Source of the DNA: Gammaproteobacteria bacterium
Lineage (GTDB): Bacteria; Pseudomonadota; Gammaproteobacteria; Steroidobacterales; Rariloculaceae
Length of the DNA: 64,000 bases
NCBI GenBank assembly: GCA_036563665.1
Contig: DATCLY010000093.1
Span: forward strand, 117,702 to 181,701
Direction: 5' to 3'
The position numbers and the translations under genes were made by a program. Below the pieces are notes generated by a model that worked only from the letters and a program-made list of their open reading frames with translations, was not told where the DNA came from and did not search any database. Of this stretch, positions 17,809-27,901 are shown piece after piece (positions within the stretch are counted from its first letter, which is position 1; each line of letters starts with the position of its first letter).

Positions 17809-19782
17809 ATGGCCTCGCCCAACCCGGAAACCCTTCGCGTGCTCCTGGAACGGCGGCTGAGCCGCCGGCGCCTGCTCCAGGGGGGCGCGAGCCTGCTCGC
17901 GCTCGCAGCCGTCGACCGGCCCGCGCTCGGCGCCGGCCGCGGCCGTTTGGCGTTCGAGCCCGTGGCCCCGAGCGACCGCGACGAGGTGCTCGTGCCGCCC
18001 GGCTACCGGGCCGACGTGGTGCTGCGCTGGGGCGACGCGCTCTTTACCGGCGTGCCGAGCCTCGACGCCACGCGCGTCGCGTCCGGCGCGCTGCTCGCGC
18101 CCGACGCGCCGGCCGCGCAGGCGGGCCAGTTCGGCTACAACTGCGATGGGCTCGGCCTCTTCGCGCTCCCGGACGGCGGGCTGCTCGTCGGCGTGAACCA
18201 CGAGTTTCCGACCCCCGCGCTGCTCTTCCCCGGGTGGGCGGAAGCGGGGCGCGAGGGCCGCGCCGCGTTCGTGCGCGAGCACCGCTCCGTCGTGCGCTAC
18301 ATGCAGGCCGCGGTGGGCTTGAGCTTCGTGGAGCTCGAGCGCACCGAACGCTGGACCTGCCGCGTGAGCGGACGGCTCAATCGCCGGGTCACGGCCGCGA
18401 GCCCGTTCGAGCTGCGCGGCCCGGCCGCCTCGCATCCGCTGCTGCGCGGCTCCGGCGGCGAGCCCGAGGTCGTCGCCGGCACGCTCGGCAACTGCGCGGC
18501 CGGGCCGACGCCGTGGGGCACGTACCTGAGCGGCGAGGAGAACATCGACGATTACTTCGGCAACGGGGCGGCCGTGCGCTCCGACCCCGACCTCGCTCGT
18601 GCCTACCTGCGCCTCGGCCCGAGGCCGCGCGAGAGCCGCTACCGCTGGGAGTTCGTGGACGCGCGTTTCGATGCCGCCGCGAGCCCGCGCGAGGCGCTCA
18701 AGTTCGGCTGGATCGTGGAGGTGGATCCGTTCGCGCCAAACGCGCCCGGCAAGAAGCGCACGGCGCTCGGCCGCTTCAAGCACGAGGGCGCCACCCCCGT
18801 CGTCACGCGCGACGGTCGCGTGGCGGTGTACATGGGCGACGACGAGCCGTTCGAGTACTTCTACAAGTTCGTGACCGAAGGGCGCTTCGATCCGGCCCGC
18901 CCCGAGCGCAACCGCGATCTGCTGGACGAGGGCACGTTGTACGTGGCCCGCTTCGACGAGGACGGCACGGGCGAGTGGCTGCCGCTGGCATGGGCGCCCA
19001 CGGGGCCGCTCTCGCCCGCGGCCGGGTTCCGGTCCCAGGCCGACGTCGTGCTGCGGTGCCGCGAGGCGGCCGATCGCGTGGGCGCCACGCCGCTCGACCG
19101 CCCGGAGGACGTGGCCGTGAGCCCGATCACCGGCCGCGTGTACGTCTCCTGCACGCAAAATCTGAGCCGCGGCGCCGGGCGCATCGAGGTCGGCGGCCGG
19201 GTCGTCGCGACCGCGCCGCACGCCGCGTGCCCCCGGGCGCCGAACGAGGCGGGGCACATCCTCGAGATCGCGGAGGACGGCGACGGCACGGCGCGCACCT
19301 TCCGCTGGGAGGTGTTCGTGCTCGCGGGCGCACCGCGAGAGCCGGGGTTGCTGGCCGCGTTGCCCCTGACCGCAGCGCCGCTCGAACCGGACGCGACGTA
19401 CTTCGGCGGCTACGCGCAGGCCGCGCGCGTCTCGGCGTTCGCCAATCCCGACAACCTCGGGTTCGACGCCGACGGAAACCTCTGGATCGTCACCGATGGG
19501 GCGCAGCCCGGCGGGGCCAACAACGGCTGCTTCGTGTGCCCGACCGAGGGCCGAGAGCGCGGGCGCGTGCGTCGGTTCATGAGCGGCCCGCGCGATGCCG
19601 AGATCGCCGGGTGCGAGATCGCCCCGGACGGCCGCACGCTGTTTCTCTCCGTGCAGCACCCGGGCGACAGCGGCCGTGCGGTCGCACCCGGCAGCCGCTG
19701 GCCGGACGGGGGCGACGCGGCCCCGCGCCCGAGCCTGATCGCCATCGAGCCCACCGATCCGCGCCGCCGCCTGGGCGAGTGA
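17809..19782 (+). CDS. phoX: PhoX-family (DUF839) alkaline phosphatase, Tat-exported
   Basis: It has a twin-arginine signal (LSRRRLLQGGASLLALAA). The PhoX-like body includes GYNCDG, GTLGNCAGGPTPWGTYLSGEEN, KHEGA, RPEDV and NPDNLGFD. GGAGGGA lies upstream. Confidence 0.85.
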   Translation: MASPNPETLRVLLERRLSRRRLLQGGASLLALAAVDRPALGAGRGRLAFEPVAPSDRDEVLVPPGYRADVVLRWGDALFTGVPSLDATRVASGALLAPDAPAAQAGQFGYNCDGLGLFALPDGGLLVGVNHEFPTPALLFPGWAEAGREGRAAFVREHRSVVRYMQAAVGLSFVELERTERWTCRVSGRLNRRVTAASPFELRGPAASHPLLRGSGGEPEVVAGTLGNCAAGPTPWGTYLSGEENIDDYFGNGAAVRSDPDLARAYLRLGPRPRESRYRWEFVDARFDAAASPREALKFGWIVEVDPFAPNAPGKKRTALGRFKHEGATPVVTRDGRVAVYMGDDEPFEYFYKFVTEGRFDPARPERNRDLLDEGTLYVARFDEDGTGEWLPLAWAPTGPLSPAAGFRSQADVVLRCREAADRVGATPLDRPEDVAVSPITGRVYVSCTQNLSRGAGRIEVGGRVVATAPHAACPRAPNEAGHILEIAEDGDGTARTFRWEVFVLAGAPREPGLLAALPLTAAPLEPDATYFGGYAQAARVSAFANPDNLGFDADGNLWIVTDGAQPGGANNGCFVCPTEGRERGRVRRFMSGPRDAEIAGCEIAPDGRTLFLSVQHPGDSGRAVAPGSRWPDGGDAAPRPSLIAIEPTDPRRRLGE

Positions 19783-19805
19783 CGGCTGTGCGTGACGGGC
19801 TTCTG

Positions 19806-20183
19806 CTAGCGGGTGCGCAGCAGCGCGTCGCGGGCCGCGCGCTCGGCGGCCATGGCCGTGCGGCGCGCGTCGCTCGCCTCGCGGGCCGCGAGATCGAGCT
19901 GCTGCGTGAGCCGCTGGACCTCGAACGTGAGCGTCTCGAGGCGTCGCTCGAGCTCGTCGATGCGCGCCGACGCGTCGAGCCCCGGGTTGTCGCGCCCGAG
20001 GGATCCGGCCCCGCTCGTCGTGCGCGTGAGGAGCTGCGTCTCGAGCCGGGCCACCTGCGACTCGAGCTGCGCCACGCGCTCCTCCACTGTTAACTCCCGT
20101 TCTTGATTCTGCGCGTAAGCCGCTGATAGCAGTATTAATTGAATCGCGGCCAATCCTGCGTGCGCCGATCTCATGACGATCAC
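19806..20183 (-). CDS. Secreted coiled-coil protein
   Basis: A signal peptide (LAAIQLILLSAAYAQ) is followed by heptad-like repeats (VAQLESQVARLETQLL ... IDELERRLETLTFEVQRLTQQL). Confidence 0.5.
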   Translation of the reverse strand: MIVMRSAHAGLAAIQLILLSAAYAQNQERELTVEERVAQLESQVARLETQLLTRTTSGAGSLGRDNPGLDASARIDELERRLETLTFEVQRLTQQLDLAAREASDARRTAMAAERAARDALLRTR

Positions 20184-20252
20184 CGCCGTGCTCGCTTCGG
20201 TTGGCTCAAGCCTACGCGCTTGCCGGGCTCGCCGACAGCGAGCGCCGTGCGC

Positions 20253-21425
20253 TCAGCCCACGCGCTGGACGACGTGCGTGACCACGGTGGCGGCGATGCC
20301 GCCCATGTTCTGCACGAGCCCGATCTCGGCGCCCGGGACCTGATTGGCGCCCGCGAGCCCGGCGAGCTGCAGGTACGCTTCCGCGAGCTGATAGACGCCG
20401 GTGGCGCCCACCGGATGGCCGCGGGCCTTGAGGCCGCCCATGGTGGCGATCGGCACGGGGCCGTCGAGCGCGATCGAGCCGTCCGCGCCCAAGTCGGTGC
20501 CGCGCCCCGGCGGCGCGAAGCCGGCGGCTTCGAGGCTCAACACCGAGATGATCGTGTAGGCGTCGTGCAGCTCGAAGAAGTCCACGTCCTCGCGCCGCAC
20601 GCCGGCCTGCTCGAGCGCCGCGCCGGTGGAGCGCTCGACGGCGGTGAATCGCAGCGGATCCGCGCGTCGCGCAAGGGCGACCGTCGCCGTGGCCGCCGCG
20701 GACCCGGCGATGCGGATGCGGGGCCCGCCGGCGGCGGCGCGCGACTCGAGCGCGTCGCGCGACGCGAGCACCACGGCCGCGGCGCCGTTGCAGAGCGGCG
20801 ATACGTCGAACAGCCGGATGGGCTCCACCACGGTGCGGGAGGCGAGATAGGCGTCGAGGTCGATGCCCTTGTGCAGCAGGGCGTTGGGGTTGGTGACGGC
20901 GTTGCGGTGCGCCGTGATGGCGAACGGCGCGAACCGCTCCGCGGGCGTGCCGTAGCGCTCCATGTACGCGCGCATGAGCTTTGCGTTGAGCGACAGGAAC
21001 GACTCGCCCACGTCGCCTTCGAGCTCCGCGTCCGCCGCCGTCGCGAGCGCGCGCGTGACGGTGTCCCGGTCCACGTGCGTCATGCGCTCCACGCCGCATA
21101 CCACGACGAGCTCGTGCACGCCGCCCGCCACGGCGAGGTAGGCCATGCGCGCGGCCGCCGCGCCGGACGCGCAGGCGGCTTCGATGGTCGCGGCCTCGAT
21201 GCCCTCGAGGCCCGCGTAATCCGCGATGAGCCCGCCCATCTGCTGCTGGCGGCCCAGGATGCCGCTCATCATGTTGCCGGCGTACAGCGCGTCCACGGCG
21301 TCCGCGGCCACGCCCGCGTGCTCGAGCGCAGCCTTGACCGCCGCGGCGCCGAGCGTGCGCTCGCGCTCGTTGGCGTCGCTCGTAACCGGCAGCTGGGCGA
21401 CGCCGGCGATGAAAACCTCTCTCAC
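20253..21425 (-). CDS. Thiolase-family protein (SCP-x/nonspecific lipid-transfer type acetyl-CoA acyltransferase)
   Basis: A 390-aa protein with the active-site Cys context (TIEAACASGAAAA) and C-terminal GGLKARGHPVGATG and NMGGIAAT. The start is GTG. Confidence 0.8.
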   Translation of the reverse strand: MREVFIAGVAQLPVTSDANERERTLGAAAVKAALEHAGVAADAVDALYAGNMMSGILGRQQQMGGLIADYAGLEGIEAATIEAACASGAAAARMAYLAVAGGVHELVVVCGVERMTHVDRDTVTRALATAADAELEGDVGESFLSLNAKLMRAYMERYGTPAERFAPFAITAHRNAVTNPNALLHKGIDLDAYLASRTVVEPIRLFDVSPLCNGAAAVVLASRDALESRAAAGGPRIRIAGSAAATATVALARRADPLRFTAVERSTGAALEQAGVRREDVDFFELHDAYTIISVLSLEAAGFAPPGRGTDLGADGSIALDGPVPIATMGGLKARGHPVGATGVYQLAEAYLQLAGLAGANQVPGAEIGLVQNMGGIAATVVTHVVQRVG

Positions 21426-21434
21426 GGAACGGGC

Positions 21435-22016
21435 TTAGGATTCGTCGGTGGCGCTCGCCTCGATCTCGATGCGGAACGCCACGTTCGTGCCGACCACCGG
21501 CGCGGCGAACGTCATGCCGTACTGCGTGCGATCGAGGGTCCCGCGAGCGCTGAAGCCCGCCATGGGCGCGCCGCTACGCGTCGTGCCCGTCTTGTTCAGC
21601 ACCACATCCAGCGTCAAGGGGTGCGTCTGACCGAGCATCGTGAACCGGCCGTGGACCGCGTAGCGGTTCTCGCCCACCACCTCGACCCGTTCGCTCACGA
21701 AGCGCAGCTCGGGGTAGTTCGCCACGTCGAAGAAGTCGGCGTTCTTCAGGTGCTCGTTGAGGCCCGCGTGGAACATGTCCACGCTGGCCGGATCGATGGT
21801 CACGTCGAGGAAGCTGGCCGCTGGATCGTCCGGGTCGAAGCGGAACGTGCCGCCGAAGTCCGCGAAGCGTCCCACCATCGTGGAGAAGCCGCGATGATCC
21901 ACCTCGAAGAAGATGCGCGAATGCGCCATGTCGAACACGTAGTCGCGCGGCTCGGCCAGTGCCGGCGCCGCCACGACGGCCAGCGCGGCGAGCACGAGGA
22001 TCGGCTTCCGGTTCAT
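21435..22016 (-). CDS. YceI-family periplasmic protein
   Basis: It has a signal peptide (ILVLAALAVVAAPALA) and a YceI pattern (DMAHSRIFFEVDHRGFSTMVGRF ... YPELRF ... GTLDRTQYGM). Confidence 0.85.
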   Translation of the reverse strand: MNRKPILVLAALAVVAAPALAEPRDYVFDMAHSRIFFEVDHRGFSTMVGRFADFGGTFRFDPDDPAASFLDVTIDPASVDMFHAGLNEHLKNADFFDVANYPELRFVSERVEVVGENRYAVHGRFTMLGQTHPLTLDVVLNKTGTTRSGAPMAGFSARGTLDRTQYGMTFAAPVVGTNVAFRIEIEASATDES

Positions 22017-22233
22017 CGGTGTGTCTCTCCCTGGTTCGCTTCGAGATCGGGAAGGATCGAGCCGGCGGTCCGTCCCGGGCTCCGATCCGCGAGCGTGGAT
22101 ATTACTTGTCTTCGCCCGACGTTTCAGGGGCCCCGGCGGCTCGTTCGCCGTTGACCCGGCCCCGGACGGCGGTTGCCCGCGGGCGGCCGAGCCGTTAGCG
22201 TGCTCGCGGGCGCTTCGCACGGGCCGCTCCGGC

Positions 22234-23523
22234 ATGACACTGACGCACAAGATTCTGATCGCGATGGCGGCCGGCGTGCTCGTCGGGCTGCCGTTCAGCC
22301 TCTTTCCCGACGCGCTCGCGTCTGCGAAGCCGGTCTTCGTGGACGGCGTGCTGCTCGTGGTGGGGCGGCTGTTCTTCGCGCTCCTGCAGGTCATCGTCGT
22401 GCCGCTGGTGCTCGTGTCGATCGTGGCCGGCGTCACGGCGCTCGGCGACCTGCGCTCCCTCGGCCGCATCGGCGCCAAGACGCTCGCCCTCTACCTGCTC
22501 ACCACGGGCGCGGCCGCGGCGCTCGCGCTCATCGTGGGAAACGTGGTCGATCCGGGCGTGGGCTTCGAGGCGGGGCGCGTGGCGACCTACGAGGCGCGCG
22601 AGCCGCCCTCGCTCACGCAGGTGCTGATCGATCTCGTGCCCACCAATCCGGTGCGGGCGCTCGCCGAAGGGCAGATGCTGCAGATCATCGTGTTCGCGCT
22701 GCTGCTCGGCGTGGCGGTCAGTGCGGCGGGGGAGGCGGGTAAGCGCGTCGCGCGCGCCTTCGACGACTTCAACGAGGTGATGCTCCGGCTCGTCGGCATC
22801 GTGATTCGCGCGGCGCCGCTCGGCGTGTTCGCGCTGATCGGCCGCACCTTCGCGGATCAGGGCCTCGACGCGTTCGCCCCGCTCGCCGCCTATTTCGCGG
22901 CCGTGGTCGTCGCGCTCGCGGCGCACGCCGGGCTCGTCTACAGCGGCCTGCTCCGGCTCGCGGGGCTGCGCGTGCGCACCTTCCTCGCGAAGACGCGCGC
23001 CGTCATGGTGTTCGCGTTCAGCACCTCGTCGAGCAACGCTACGATTCCCGTGACGCTGTCCACGATGGAGAAACGGCTCGGCGTGCCGAACGAGGTGGCG
23101 GCGTTCTGCGCGCCCGTGGGCGCCACCGTCAACATGGACGGCACGGCCATCATGCAAGGCGTCGCCACCGTGTTCGTCGCGAACGTGTACGGCGTGCCGC
23201 TCGGCTTCGGCGACTACATCGCCGTGATCCTCACGGCGACGCTCGCCTCGATCGGCACGGCCGGGGTGCCCGGCGTGGGCCTCGTGATGCTCGCCATGGT
23301 GCTCGGGCAGGTCGGCTTGCCGGTGGAGGGGATCGGGCTGATCATTGGGGTCGATCGCCTGCTCGATATGCTGCGGACGGCCGTCAACGTGCTGGGCGAC
23401 TGCGTCGTCGCCTGTCTCGTGGCGCGCTCCGAGCGCACGCTGGATCTCGCGATGTTCGCGGCGAGCGCACCGATCGAGGTCGCGGACGGGATTGCATCCG
23501 AGCCGGCCCGAGACCCGCGGTGA
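22234..23523 (+). CDS. Dicarboxylate/amino acid:cation symporter (DAACS, GltP/DctA family)
   Basis: A multi-TM protein with family motifs (FSTSSSNATIPVT, VGATVNMDGTAI, ASIGTAGVPGVGL, DRLLDMLRTAVNVLGD). Confidence 0.9.
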   Translation: MTLTHKILIAMAAGVLVGLPFSLFPDALASAKPVFVDGVLLVVGRLFFALLQVIVVPLVLVSIVAGVTALGDLRSLGRIGAKTLALYLLTTGAAAALALIVGNVVDPGVGFEAGRVATYEAREPPSLTQVLIDLVPTNPVRALAEGQMLQIIVFALLLGVAVSAAGEAGKRVARAFDDFNEVMLRLVGIVIRAAPLGVFALIGRTFADQGLDAFAPLAAYFAAVVVALAAHAGLVYSGLLRLAGLRVRTFLAKTRAVMVFAFSTSSSNATIPVTLSTMEKRLGVPNEVAAFCAPVGATVNMDGTAIMQGVATVFVANVYGVPLGFGDYIAVILTATLASIGTAGVPGVGLVMLAMVLGQVGLPVEGIGLIIGVDRLLDMLRTAVNVLGDCVVACLVARSERTLDLAMFAASAPIEVADGIASEPARDPR

Positions 23524-23546
23524 GCGGCGAAGGTGCGGGAGTCGAC

Positions 23547-24368
23547 GTGCAACGAGATCTGCGCATTCTGTTGATCGGGTTCGGAAACATGGGCCGCGCG
23601 CTGGCGGAGGGCTGGCTCGCGCGCGGCGTTGCGCCCTCCGTCGTCCGCGTGGTGGACCCGCAGCCCGCTGCGCGGCAAGCGGCGGCGGCGATGGGGCTCG
23701 CCGCGCACGCGGAAGCCCCGGGGCCGCGTGAGCCCGCCGACGTGGTGGTCGTGGCGGTGAAGCCCCCGCAGGTGGAGGAGGTGCTGCGGCGTTGCCGCGA
23801 CCTTCCCGCCCCGTCGGGCCGGCCCGTGTTCCTGTCGATCGCAGCCGGCAAGACGCTCGCGCACATGCTGGCCGCGCTCGGCAACGATGCCGCCGCCGTG
23901 CGCGCCATGCCGAACACGCCGGCCGCCGTGGGCAAGGGCATGACCGTGCTCACGGCGAGCCCCGCCGTCACGGCGGCGCAGCGGGACATCTGCACGGAGC
24001 TGCTCGCGGCCGTGGGCACGGTCGACTGGGTGGACGACGAGCGCCTCATGGACGCGGTCACCGCGGTCTCGGGCAGCGGACCCGCGTACGTGTTCCTGCT
24101 GATCGAGAGCCTCGAGGCAGCGGCCGCCGATGCGGGCCTCTCCCCGGCGCTGGCCCGCAAGCTCGCCGTGGCCACCGTGGCGGGCGCCGGCGCCTATGCC
24201 GAGGCGTCCGGCGAGCCGGCCGCCACGCTGCGCGCCCGCGTGACGAGCCCGGGCGGCACCACCCAGGCCGCGCTGGCCGTGCTCATGGCCGACGACGGGC
24301 TGCCCGAGCTCATGAAGCGCGCCGTGCGGGCGGCGGCCGCCCGCAGCCGCGAGCTCGCGGCCGAGTAG
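23547..24368 (+). CDS. proC: Pyrroline-5-carboxylate reductase (start GTG 23547; alternative GTG 23520 overlapping the upstream stop)
   Basis: It has the Rossmann motif ILLIGFGNMG and the motifs RAMPNTPA and GSGPAYVF ... SPGGTT. Confidence 0.9.
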   Translation: MQRDLRILLIGFGNMGRALAEGWLARGVAPSVVRVVDPQPAARQAAAAMGLAAHAEAPGPREPADVVVVAVKPPQVEEVLRRCRDLPAPSGRPVFLSIAAGKTLAHMLAALGNDAAAVRAMPNTPAAVGKGMTVLTASPAVTAAQRDICTELLAAVGTVDWVDDERLMDAVTAVSGSGPAYVFLLIESLEAAAADAGLSPALARKLAVATVAGAGAYAEASGEPAATLRARVTSPGGTTQAALAVLMADDGLPELMKRAVRAAAARSRELAAE

Positions 24369-24376
24369 GAGAAGGC

Positions 24377-24835
24377 ATGCCGGGCTATTACTTCGAGGAG
24401 TTCGAGGTGGGGCGGGTGTACCGACACGCCATCCGCCGCACCATCACCGAGACGGATAACGTGCTGTTCAGCACGCTCACCCACAACCCGGCGCCCCTGC
24501 ATCTCGACCGCGAGTACATGCGAACCCAGTCGGAGTTCGGGCAGCCGCTGGTGAACAGCTTCTTCACCCTGGGGCTCATCGTCGGCATCTCGATCAACGA
24601 CATCACGCTGGGCACCACGGTGGCCAACCTCGGCATCGAGGAGGCCCGCTTCCCGAACCCGCTGTTCGTGGGCGACACCGTGCACGTGGAGACCGAGGTC
24701 ATCGCCGTGCGCCCCAGCCGGTCGCGGCCGGCCAACGGCATCGTGACCCTGGAGCACCGGGGCTTCAACCAGCACGACGTCCTGATCGCCACCTGCCGGC
24801 GGGCGGTGCTCATGTTGCGAAAACCGGCCAGTTGA
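24377..24835 (+). CDS. MaoC-family (hotdog-fold) dehydratase
   Basis: A 152-aa protein with the MaoC pattern (ITETDNVLFSTLTHNPAPLHLD, F.NPLFVGDT). Confidence 0.8.
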   Translation: MPGYYFEEFEVGRVYRHAIRRTITETDNVLFSTLTHNPAPLHLDREYMRTQSEFGQPLVNSFFTLGLIVGISINDITLGTTVANLGIEEARFPNPLFVGDTVHVETEVIAVRPSRSRPANGIVTLEHRGFNQHDVLIATCRRAVLMLRKPAS

Positions 24836-24967
24836 CGGCTCTAACCCCCGGCCGGCGCTCGAAATTCGTGACGCGCGCGCTTGTATTCCGGCTTACAAGT
24901 GTCAGAATGGCGCCGGTTTCGAGGCGGCCGCCCATGCAAGGCAAGGAGCGACCGGACAGTGGGGACT

Positions 24968-27634
24968 ATGGCTGAAGGCGAAGCGGCGAGCGACGCGGCG
25001 GTCTCCGCAGACGCGGAGGTCGGCACCCCCGTGCGCCGCGGCGGCGGCCGGCAGGCCGGTCTCGACCTGATCTGCACCAAGGTCGCCGTCGACTTCCAGA
25101 GCATGTCGGTCAACACGGCCGACGAGCGCATCAAGGAAGGCCTCCAGGCCCTCACGGACGTCTGCAAGGCCGACGCGGTGTTCGTCGCGCTCATGGACCG
25201 CGACGGGCATACGTTCGAGAAGGTCCACTGCGGCCGCTCGATGTTCTCGCTCTGCAACCCCGAGGTGCTCGTCGGCCGCTCGCTGGACGACTTCCCGTGG
25301 ATCAAGAGCCGTCTCGAGCACCTGCGGCTGCTCGAGATCCGCGACACCGCGAGGCCCCCCCTGGCGCAGCGCGCCGACGCCGAGCGGCTGGCGAGCCTGA
25401 ACGTCGCGTCGCTGTTGATCCTGGGCTTCAACATCCGCGGCCGCCTGGGCGGCGTCCTGGGCGTCGCGAGCGCATCCCCGGAGCCCGCGTGGGACGCGGA
25501 CCTCCACCTCGCCCTCAAGCTCGTGGGCGTGAGCTGCGCCACGGGGCTCGAGCGCATCCAGCTGCAGGAAGATCTCTTCACGGTGCAGGAGCGCGACCGC
25601 CTGGTCACGAACACGGCCAACGACGGGCTGTGGGACTACGACGTGCGCGAGAACTCGATGTATTTCTCGCCACGCTGGCGCGCCATGCTCGGCTACAAGG
25701 ACGACGACGAGATCCCCGAGTGGCGCCTGCTCGTGCACCCCGACGACCTCGCGCAGGTGCAGCAGGGCTTGCGGGACCACATCGAGGGCCGCACCGAGCT
25801 CTTCGAGAGCGTGCATCGGATGCGGCACGCGAACGGCGAGTGGCGCTGGATCCAGAGCCGCGTGCGCGGGCGCGTGGACGAGCACGGCAGGCTCAAGCGG
25901 CTCGTGGGCGTCGAAACCGACATCACCGAGCGCAAGCTCTACGAGGAGGCGCTGTTCCGCGAGAAGGAGAGCGCACAGATCACGCTGCAGTCGATCGGCG
26001 ACGGCGTGGTCACCACCGACGCGCAGGCGCTCGTGCAGTATCTGAATCCGGTGGCGTCGGAGCTCACGGGCTGGAAGCTCGACGACGCCGTGGGGCGCCC
26101 CATCGACGAGATCTTCCGCGGCTTCCACGAGGAGACCTGCGAGCCGGTCGAGAACCCCGTGGCGGTGGCCATGCGCCGCAACCGCCCCGTGAAGTCCGTG
26201 CGGCCCACGCTGCTGATCCGCCGCGACGGCAACGAGCTCTACATCGAGAGCACGGCCGCGCCCATCCGCGATCCGAACGGCAACGTCACGGGCGGCGTGC
26301 TCGTGTTCCACGACGTGTCGGAGTCGCGCGAGCTGAACCGCAGGCTCTCGTACGCGGCGAGCCACGACATCCTCACCGAGCTCGTGAACCGCCGCGAGTT
26401 CGAGAACCGGCTGCAGCGGGCGTTGAAGAGCGCCAAGGCGCGCGAGACGTCGTACGCGGTGCTGTACATCGACCTCGATCAGTTCAAGATCGTGAACGAC
26501 GCGTGCGGCCACAGCGCGGGCGACGCGCTGCTCAAGCAGATCGCGGCGCTGCTCAAGTCCAAGATCCGCTGGCGCGACACGCTGGCGCGGCTCGGCGGCG
26601 ACGAGTTCGGCGTGCTGCTCGAGAGCTGCACGATGGAAGAGGCCATGCGCACGGCCGAGAGCCTGCGCGACATCATCAACGAGTTCCGCTTCGTGTGGGA
26701 CGAGCGCACGTTCCGCCTCGGCGCGAGCATCGGCGTGGTGCCGATCACGCCCGCCACGGACGACGTGGCGGCGTTGCTGTCGGCGGCCGACAGCGCCTGC
26801 GCGGCGGCGAAGGAGGCGGGCCGGAACCGCGTTTACAGCTACCAGGAGAACGACATCGACCTGATGAAGCGGCGCAAGGAGATGCAGTGGGCCGCTCGCA
26901 TCAGCAACGCGCTCGAGGAGAACCGCTTCGAGCTCTTCCGCCAGACCATCCAGCCGCTGCAGCCCGGGCTCGACACGGGGGCTCACTACGAGCTGCTGCT
27001 GCGCATGCGTGACGAGCAGGGCATGCTCGTCTCGCCGGATCTGTTCATCGCCGCCGCGGAGCGCTACGGCCTGACGCCATCGATCGACCGGTGGGTGATC
27101 ACGCAGGCGTTCCGCTGGCTCGTGTCGGAGGCGGACGAGCGCGAGCGGCTCGCGCTCTGCTCGATCAACCTCTCGGGGCAGAGCCTCGCCGACGAGAAGT
27201 TCCTGCCATTCGTGATCGATCAGTTCCAGAAGAGCGGCTTGAGCGGCAGCTGCATCTGCTTCGAGATCACGGAGACCGCGGCCATCGCGAGCTACTCGCA
27301 GGCCAACCGCTTCATCCACGCGCTGAAGGAGCTCGGCTGCAAGTTCGCGCTCGACGACTTCGGCACGGGCCTCTCGTCGTTCGGCTACCTGAAGCACTTC
27401 CCCGTGGATTTCCTCAAGATCGACGGCAGCTTCGTCAAGGAGATCCTGCACGACCCCATCGACCGCGAGATGGTGCGCTCGATCAACGAGATCGGCCACC
27501 TGACCGGCAAGCAGACCATCGCCGAGTTCGCCGAGAACCAGGAGATCATCACGATGCTGCGCGGCATGGGCGTGGACTACGCCCAAGGGTACGGCGTCTC
27601 GGAGCCCAAGCGGCTGCTGCAAGCGGTGGCGTGA
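24968..27634 (+). CDS. Multidomain c-di-GMP protein: GAF-like N-terminus, two PAS/PAC, GGDEF and EAL
   Basis: It has a PAS/PAC region (HPDDL ... WRWIQSRV), the GGDEF motif RLGGDEFGVLL, and EAL motifs (HYELLLRM, FEITET, DDFGTG, LKIDGSFV, QGY). Confidence 0.9.
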   Translation: MAEGEAASDAAVSADAEVGTPVRRGGGRQAGLDLICTKVAVDFQSMSVNTADERIKEGLQALTDVCKADAVFVALMDRDGHTFEKVHCGRSMFSLCNPEVLVGRSLDDFPWIKSRLEHLRLLEIRDTARPPLAQRADAERLASLNVASLLILGFNIRGRLGGVLGVASASPEPAWDADLHLALKLVGVSCATGLERIQLQEDLFTVQERDRLVTNTANDGLWDYDVRENSMYFSPRWRAMLGYKDDDEIPEWRLLVHPDDLAQVQQGLRDHIEGRTELFESVHRMRHANGEWRWIQSRVRGRVDEHGRLKRLVGVETDITERKLYEEALFREKESAQITLQSIGDGVVTTDAQALVQYLNPVASELTGWKLDDAVGRPIDEIFRGFHEETCEPVENPVAVAMRRNRPVKSVRPTLLIRRDGNELYIESTAAPIRDPNGNVTGGVLVFHDVSESRELNRRLSYAASHDILTELVNRREFENRLQRALKSAKARETSYAVLYIDLDQFKIVNDACGHSAGDALLKQIAALLKSKIRWRDTLARLGGDEFGVLLESCTMEEAMRTAESLRDIINEFRFVWDERTFRLGASIGVVPITPATDDVAALLSAADSACAAAKEAGRNRVYSYQENDIDLMKRRKEMQWAARISNALEENRFELFRQTIQPLQPGLDTGAHYELLLRMRDEQGMLVSPDLFIAAAERYGLTPSIDRWVITQAFRWLVSEADERERLALCSINLSGQSLADEKFLPFVIDQFQKSGLSGSCICFEITETAAIASYSQANRFIHALKELGCKFALDDFGTGLSSFGYLKHFPVDFLKIDGSFVKEILHDPIDREMVRSINEIGHLTGKQTIAEFAENQEIITMLRGMGVDYAQGYGVSEPKRLLQAVA

Positions 27635-27641
27635 CGCGCCG

Positions 27642-27833
27642 TCAGCGCCGCTTGCGCCACAGGACGAACCACGCCAGCAAGTAGAACGCGCCGCCCGTCG
27701 TCACCCCGCTCAGCACCGCCAATATCACGGCTTCGAGGAGCGGCTCCGTGGAGGTCGCGACGAGACCGCTGACGATGCTGCAGAGCGTCAACGAGAGCCA
27801 CGTCAGGAAATCTTCGCGGTTCCACGGGCGCAT
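27642..27833 (-). CDS. Small two-TM membrane protein, candidate immunity protein for the adjacent peptide
   Basis: A 63-aa ORF with two hydrophobic helices (FLTWLSLTLCSIVSGLVATS and AVILAVLSGVTTGGAFYLLAWFVLW) and a basic C-terminus. It starts 68 nt downstream of the double-glycine peptide gene on the same strand, with GGAG 5 nt before the ATG. Confidence 0.5.
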   Translation of the reverse strand: MRPWNREDFLTWLSLTLCSIVSGLVATSTEPLLEAVILAVLSGVTTGGAFYLLAWFVLWRKRR

Positions 27834-27868
27834 CTCGGCTCCGGCTCACTCGTGTGGTCGGGAAAGAC

Positions 27869-27894
27869 GGGTGGCGGAGCGCGCGCCGCCACCC
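27869..27894 (-). terminator. GC-rich hairpin between peptide gene and immunity-like gene (attenuator/partial terminator candidate)
   Basis: A perfect 9-bp stem GGGTGGCGG/CCGCCACCC with an 8-nt loop. On the transcribed strand it is followed by GUCUUUCCC. Confidence 0.35.
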
Positions 27895-27901
27895 TTGGTT
27901 G

